NCBI GenBank assembly: GCA_963977445.1
Contig: CAXBPH010000246.1
Location: 1 to 10,456, forward strand
DNA from: an uncultured bacterium
Lineage (GTDB): Bacteria > Hydrogenedentota > Hydrogenedentia > Hydrogenedentales > JAEUWI01
Reading direction: 5' to 3'
Length of the DNA: 10,456 nt
Shown: piece by piece, positions 8,151-10,456 of the stretch
How positions within the stretch are numbered: position 1 is the first letter of the stretch
How the letters are laid out: the number at the start of each line of letters is the position of its first letter
Notes under the pieces: model-generated
What the model was told of the DNA's origin: nothing
Databases searched by the model: none
Seen by the model: the letters and a program-made list of their open reading frames with translations, nothing else
Program-made: the position numbers and the translations under genes

Positions 8151-8179
8151 TTGCATGGGTGAGCGCGAACTCTTATACT
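8151..8179 (+). promoter_or_regulatory. Putative sigma70-type promoter for paralog 1
   Basis: TTGCAT (8151-8156), 17 nt spacer, TATACT (8174-8179), ~65 nt upstream of ATG 8245. Confidence 0.6.
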
Positions 8180-8244
8180 TGAACCTACGCGGTACTATTT
8201 CAGATTAGATACACGTCTAATCATCAGGAAGCATGGGGATTTCG

Positions 8245-9057
8245 ATGGCATACAAAAACGACACCTTCTGGCAAAGGCACGCGCCTGTCTACAGCGACGA
8301 AGACCATCTGGAAGACCTCGGCTTATTCGCCGATGAAGCATGGGAGTGGCGGAATTGGTTCCTGTCGATAGGGCTTGCCACCCCGCTGATAGTTCCTATC
8401 ATTTATCTTAGTTACGCTCAGGGGCCACCATCATTGGATCAGATTACCGTTTTTATGATGATTTCGGCGGTCTATTGCGCAGGAATAGAATGGTTTTTCG
8501 CGGCCACCCGCGTGCGATATCGTCTGGTGGCGGACAAGACCTGGGCGGAGGACAAGTCTGTCCGACCCCGGCACAGTGATGCCCTCTTGCGCCATGTGGT
8601 GAACACGCCAAATTTATATGCATGGCTGGCCGTACCTGCCTCCATAAAAAAAGGCCTCAAGGACGGCGAGCAGCATTTGCTACTGATGTATGTATTCAGT
8701 TTTTCTGCCGTCGGGGCATTGTTTTTGTTCATGACTGGAAAATATATCCCGTTGGCGATACTTTCGATCATCGCTCTATCCCTCATATATATTCGCGGGT
8801 ACCGTCTGCGTTCTGTCGTGAAGCGGAGTGTTCGCACGTTTGGCGATGGACTCGAGCCCAATGACGAGGTCCACACGCCTCTTAATTTTGGAGACGTGGA
8901 ATCCGTCGAATTGTGCTGGGACAATTTCGTTTGCCGGTCCTATTTAAGACTCCGAATCGGCTGGGAACGTATCGCCTATTACAATCCCTCCGGTGACCCG
9001 ATATATCTTTTGAGCCTCGTGAAACATCGGATGCCCCAAGTAGAGCGAATTGACTGA
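8245..9057 (+). CDS. Hypothetical 4-TM membrane protein, paralog 1
   Basis: 270 aa from ATG 8245 (start chosen by alignment with paralog 2; ATG 8233 is the alternative). Two pairs of hydrophobic helices and a beta-rich C-terminal domain; colinear similarity with 9508-10329. Confidence 0.85.
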   Translation: MAYKNDTFWQRHAPVYSDEDHLEDLGLFADEAWEWRNWFLSIGLATPLIVPIIYLSYAQGPPSLDQITVFMMISAVYCAGIEWFFAATRVRYRLVADKTWAEDKSVRPRHSDALLRHVVNTPNLYAWLAVPASIKKGLKDGEQHLLLMYVFSFSAVGALFLFMTGKYIPLAILSIIALSLIYIRGYRLRSVVKRSVRTFGDGLEPNDEVHTPLNFGDVESVELCWDNFVCRSYLRLRIGWERIAYYNPSGDPIYLLSLVKHRMPQVERID

Positions 9058-9184
9058 CCTACCCCTCTGGGCACCCAGGTCATCGCGGCAATGAATCGCC
9101 GGAAATGGCCCTCTGGGGGATAGCATGGGTGTAGTTTCGGCCCTCTGGAAGACCCCAAGGGTGCCACCTATACGCGCGGGAGCC
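9019..9184 (+). repeat. Direct repeat copy 1 (gene 3' end plus downstream element)
   Basis: Ungapped 154/166 identity to 10291-10456 (offset 1272). Confidence 0.97.
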
Positions 9185-9300
9185 CCAGCGACCAAGCTTA
9201 TGGGTGAAGGCAGGGAGGTCCGCCCGTTTCGCTACGTTATGAATACGGAAGCTTTGGAGCATGTGGTCAATCCCGCGCGAGGGAAGTCTCTACACCCACT
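9055..9300 (+). ncRNA. Candidate structured non-coding RNA / 3' element of unknown family
   Basis: 9-bp long-range stem TGGGTGTAG (9126-9134)/CTACACCCA (9290-9298) enclosing 5-6 adjacent hairpins; the 5' half is conserved in the second copy. G-U pairs in two hairpins favour the + strand. Boundaries approximate. Confidence 0.5.
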
Positions 9301-9361
9301 GGGTTTCGGTTCAAAGTAAATTCGCAATCTAAATCCCGGATTTCGACGGGAATGCACTTTT

Positions 9362-9388
9362 CTTTGCGGCTTTGCGCCTTTGCGTGAG
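9362..9388. repeat. 8-nt periodic repeat CTTTGCGN x3 + GAG
   Basis: CTTTGCGG CTTTGCGC CTTTGCGT GAG; looks like one arm of a dispersed CTCACGCAAAG.CGCAAAG-type intergenic repeat. Confidence 0.7.
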
Positions 9389-9425
9389 TATTGTTTGGAA
9401 TTAATCGTATTGCCCGTCAAAGATA

Positions 9426-9455
9426 TTGCGTAATGAACCGAAACCGGTCTATTCT
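9426..9455 (+). promoter_or_regulatory. Possible promoter for paralog 2
   Basis: TTGCGT (9426-9431), 18 nt spacer, TATTCT (9450-9455), ~50 nt upstream of ATG 9508. Confidence 0.35.
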
Positions 9456-9507
9456 AGCCACTGGCAATAAAGGGCATAATTTCACCAACCGAGATGGGGC
9501 ATTCGAA

Positions 9508-10329
9508 ATGGCCTTCAAAGAAAAAACATTCTGGAAAGACCACCCGCCGATTTCCTGCCCGGAAGCACCGAGCCGTGGAATCGAAGTGGAAAGGGCTTTC
9601 ACGTGGTTTTCCGTTTGGGTGTTCGGGTTTACTCTCTTGACGTCCTTGGGAAGCGTGTATTTATTCTCCCAACCCGGCCCTGTGGACTTCGAGACACTCT
9701 ATATTATGTACATGCTCCTGATACCGATTTTCGTGCCCATCGGTACGTTAATCGAATCGGCTGGCCGTCGTTATTGCCTGGTGGAAGAGAAACAGTGGGC
9801 CGAAGCGGAGGGGGCGGTGCGATGGCGCTATGTGGCGTTGCTGAATCACATCCTTCGCACGCCATCGCTTTATGATCGTCTGGCCCCGCCCGTCGAGCGG
9901 GATAGATTCAAATACCGTAGTGTGGTGACGGAAATGCCGGACAATCCCGTGTTTCTGTCCGTGCTTTGGTTGGGCACATGCGCTTTGCCCGTTCTCTGGG
10001 TGATGTGGTCCAATTTTCCCAGACTCTGGCTCACTCTTATTGCCGTGGTGGTCCTGTTGCTTCGACTATTGTGGCTCCGTTTTTGCGTGACGCGGAGCGT
10101 GCGGGACTTTGGTTATGGAATCGAGTCCAGCGGGACAACCGTCGGGAGTCGCTACCACTTTGCCGATGTCGAACGTGCCACGATTCATGTGGATCCATTG
10201 CTATGTCAACCGTACCTGCGGCTGGAGATGGGGGCGGATAGGTGCCGCTATTACAACCCCACCGACGACGACCTGTATTTGGTGCGCCTGGTGAAACATC
10301 GGATGCCTCAAGTAGAACGGATTGACTGA
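9508..10329 (+). CDS. Hypothetical 4-TM membrane protein, paralog 2
   Basis: 273 aa from ATG 9508 (MAFKEKTFW aligns with MAYKNDTFW; both starts are preceded by ATGGGG..TTCG). Shared motifs RYxLVxxKxWAE, ALLxHxxxTPxLYxxLAxP, VxRSVRxFGxGxE, FxDVE, CxxYLRLxxGxxRxxYYNP, LVKHRMPQVERID. Confidence 0.85.
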   Translation: MAFKEKTFWKDHPPISCPEAPSRGIEVERAFTWFSVWVFGFTLLTSLGSVYLFSQPGPVDFETLYIMYMLLIPIFVPIGTLIESAGRRYCLVEEKQWAEAEGAVRWRYVALLNHILRTPSLYDRLAPPVERDRFKYRSVVTEMPDNPVFLSVLWLGTCALPVLWVMWSNFPRLWLTLIAVVVLLLRLLWLRFCVTRSVRDFGYGIESSGTTVGSRYHFADVERATIHVDPLLCQPYLRLEMGADRCRYYNPTDDDLYLVRLVKHRMPQVERID

Positions 10330-10456
10330 CCTGCCCCTCTGGGGATCCAGGTCGTCGCGGCAATGAATCGCCGGAAATGGCACCCTGGGGGATTGCATGG
10401 GTGCAGTTTCGGCCCTCTGGAAAACCCCAAGGGTGCCACCTATACGCGCGGGAGCC
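10291..10456 (+). repeat. Direct repeat copy 2 (truncated by window edge)
   Basis: 154/166 identity to 9019-9184. Confidence 0.97.

Noticed and set aside
7697..8151. Short ORFs between the esterase and paralog 1
   Set aside because: They translate through REP sequences (e.g. RHPRERGDP, VIPAKA), typical spurious repeat-derived ORFs.
9055..9123. Selenocysteine readthrough (UGA followed by a hairpin)
   Set aside because: No redox-motif context; the extension ends at TAG after 21 codons in copy 1 but stays open in copy 2, and the changes are mostly non-synonymous.
8944..9195. Conserved minus-strand ORFs (8944-9195 and 10201-10398)
   Set aside because: Their similarity follows from the DNA repeat; they run antisense into the real genes, and over half of the changes in the repeat are non-synonymous.
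9051..9300. Integron attC site
   Set aside because: No RYYYAAC...GTTRRRY ends, and the fold is multibranched, not a single imperfect hairpin.
9051..9300. Glycine, lysine or cobalamin riboswitch, hammerhead ribozyme or group I intron
   Set aside because: Only isolated fragments resemble them (CTCTGGA, minus-strand GTAGAGACT, GAAAC); the companion conserved cores are absent or wrongly arranged.
9391..9507. 39-aa N-terminal extension of paralog 2
   Set aside because: Homology with paralog 1 and the shared start context place the start at ATG 9508.
9019..10456. Diversity-generating retroelement VR/TR pair
   Set aside because: Differences are not adenine-specific, coding differences are synonymous, and no reverse transcriptase is present in the window.

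Overview
GC-rich bacterial window with no rRNA, tRNA, CRISPR array or transposase. The left ~7.7 kb carries five minus-strand genes, listed in transcription order: a secreted two-module acetylxylan-esterase-like alpha/beta hydrolase (5671-7671); a secreted glycoside-hydrolase-like TIM-barrel protein (3857-5128); then a probable Bat/MoxR-type gene group of a membrane coiled-coil protein with a Cys-rich tract, a Tat-signal NHL beta-propeller, and a BatA/vWA protein that runs off the left edge and is missing from the ORF track. The esterase gene is bracketed by two 86-nt REP-doublet (REPIN-like) elements in inverted orientation, plus half-REPs and a 28-bp hairpin. The most unusual part is the right end. 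Two strongly diverged paralogous 4-TM membrane-protein genes (8245-9057, 9508-10329) end in an identical 13-residue C-terminus. Each is followed by a ~93%-identical, apparently non-coding, highly foldable element that I cannot assign to a known RNA family. The unit period is 1272 nt and the second copy is cut by the window edge. All calls come from reading the sequence; no searches or folding programs were run.
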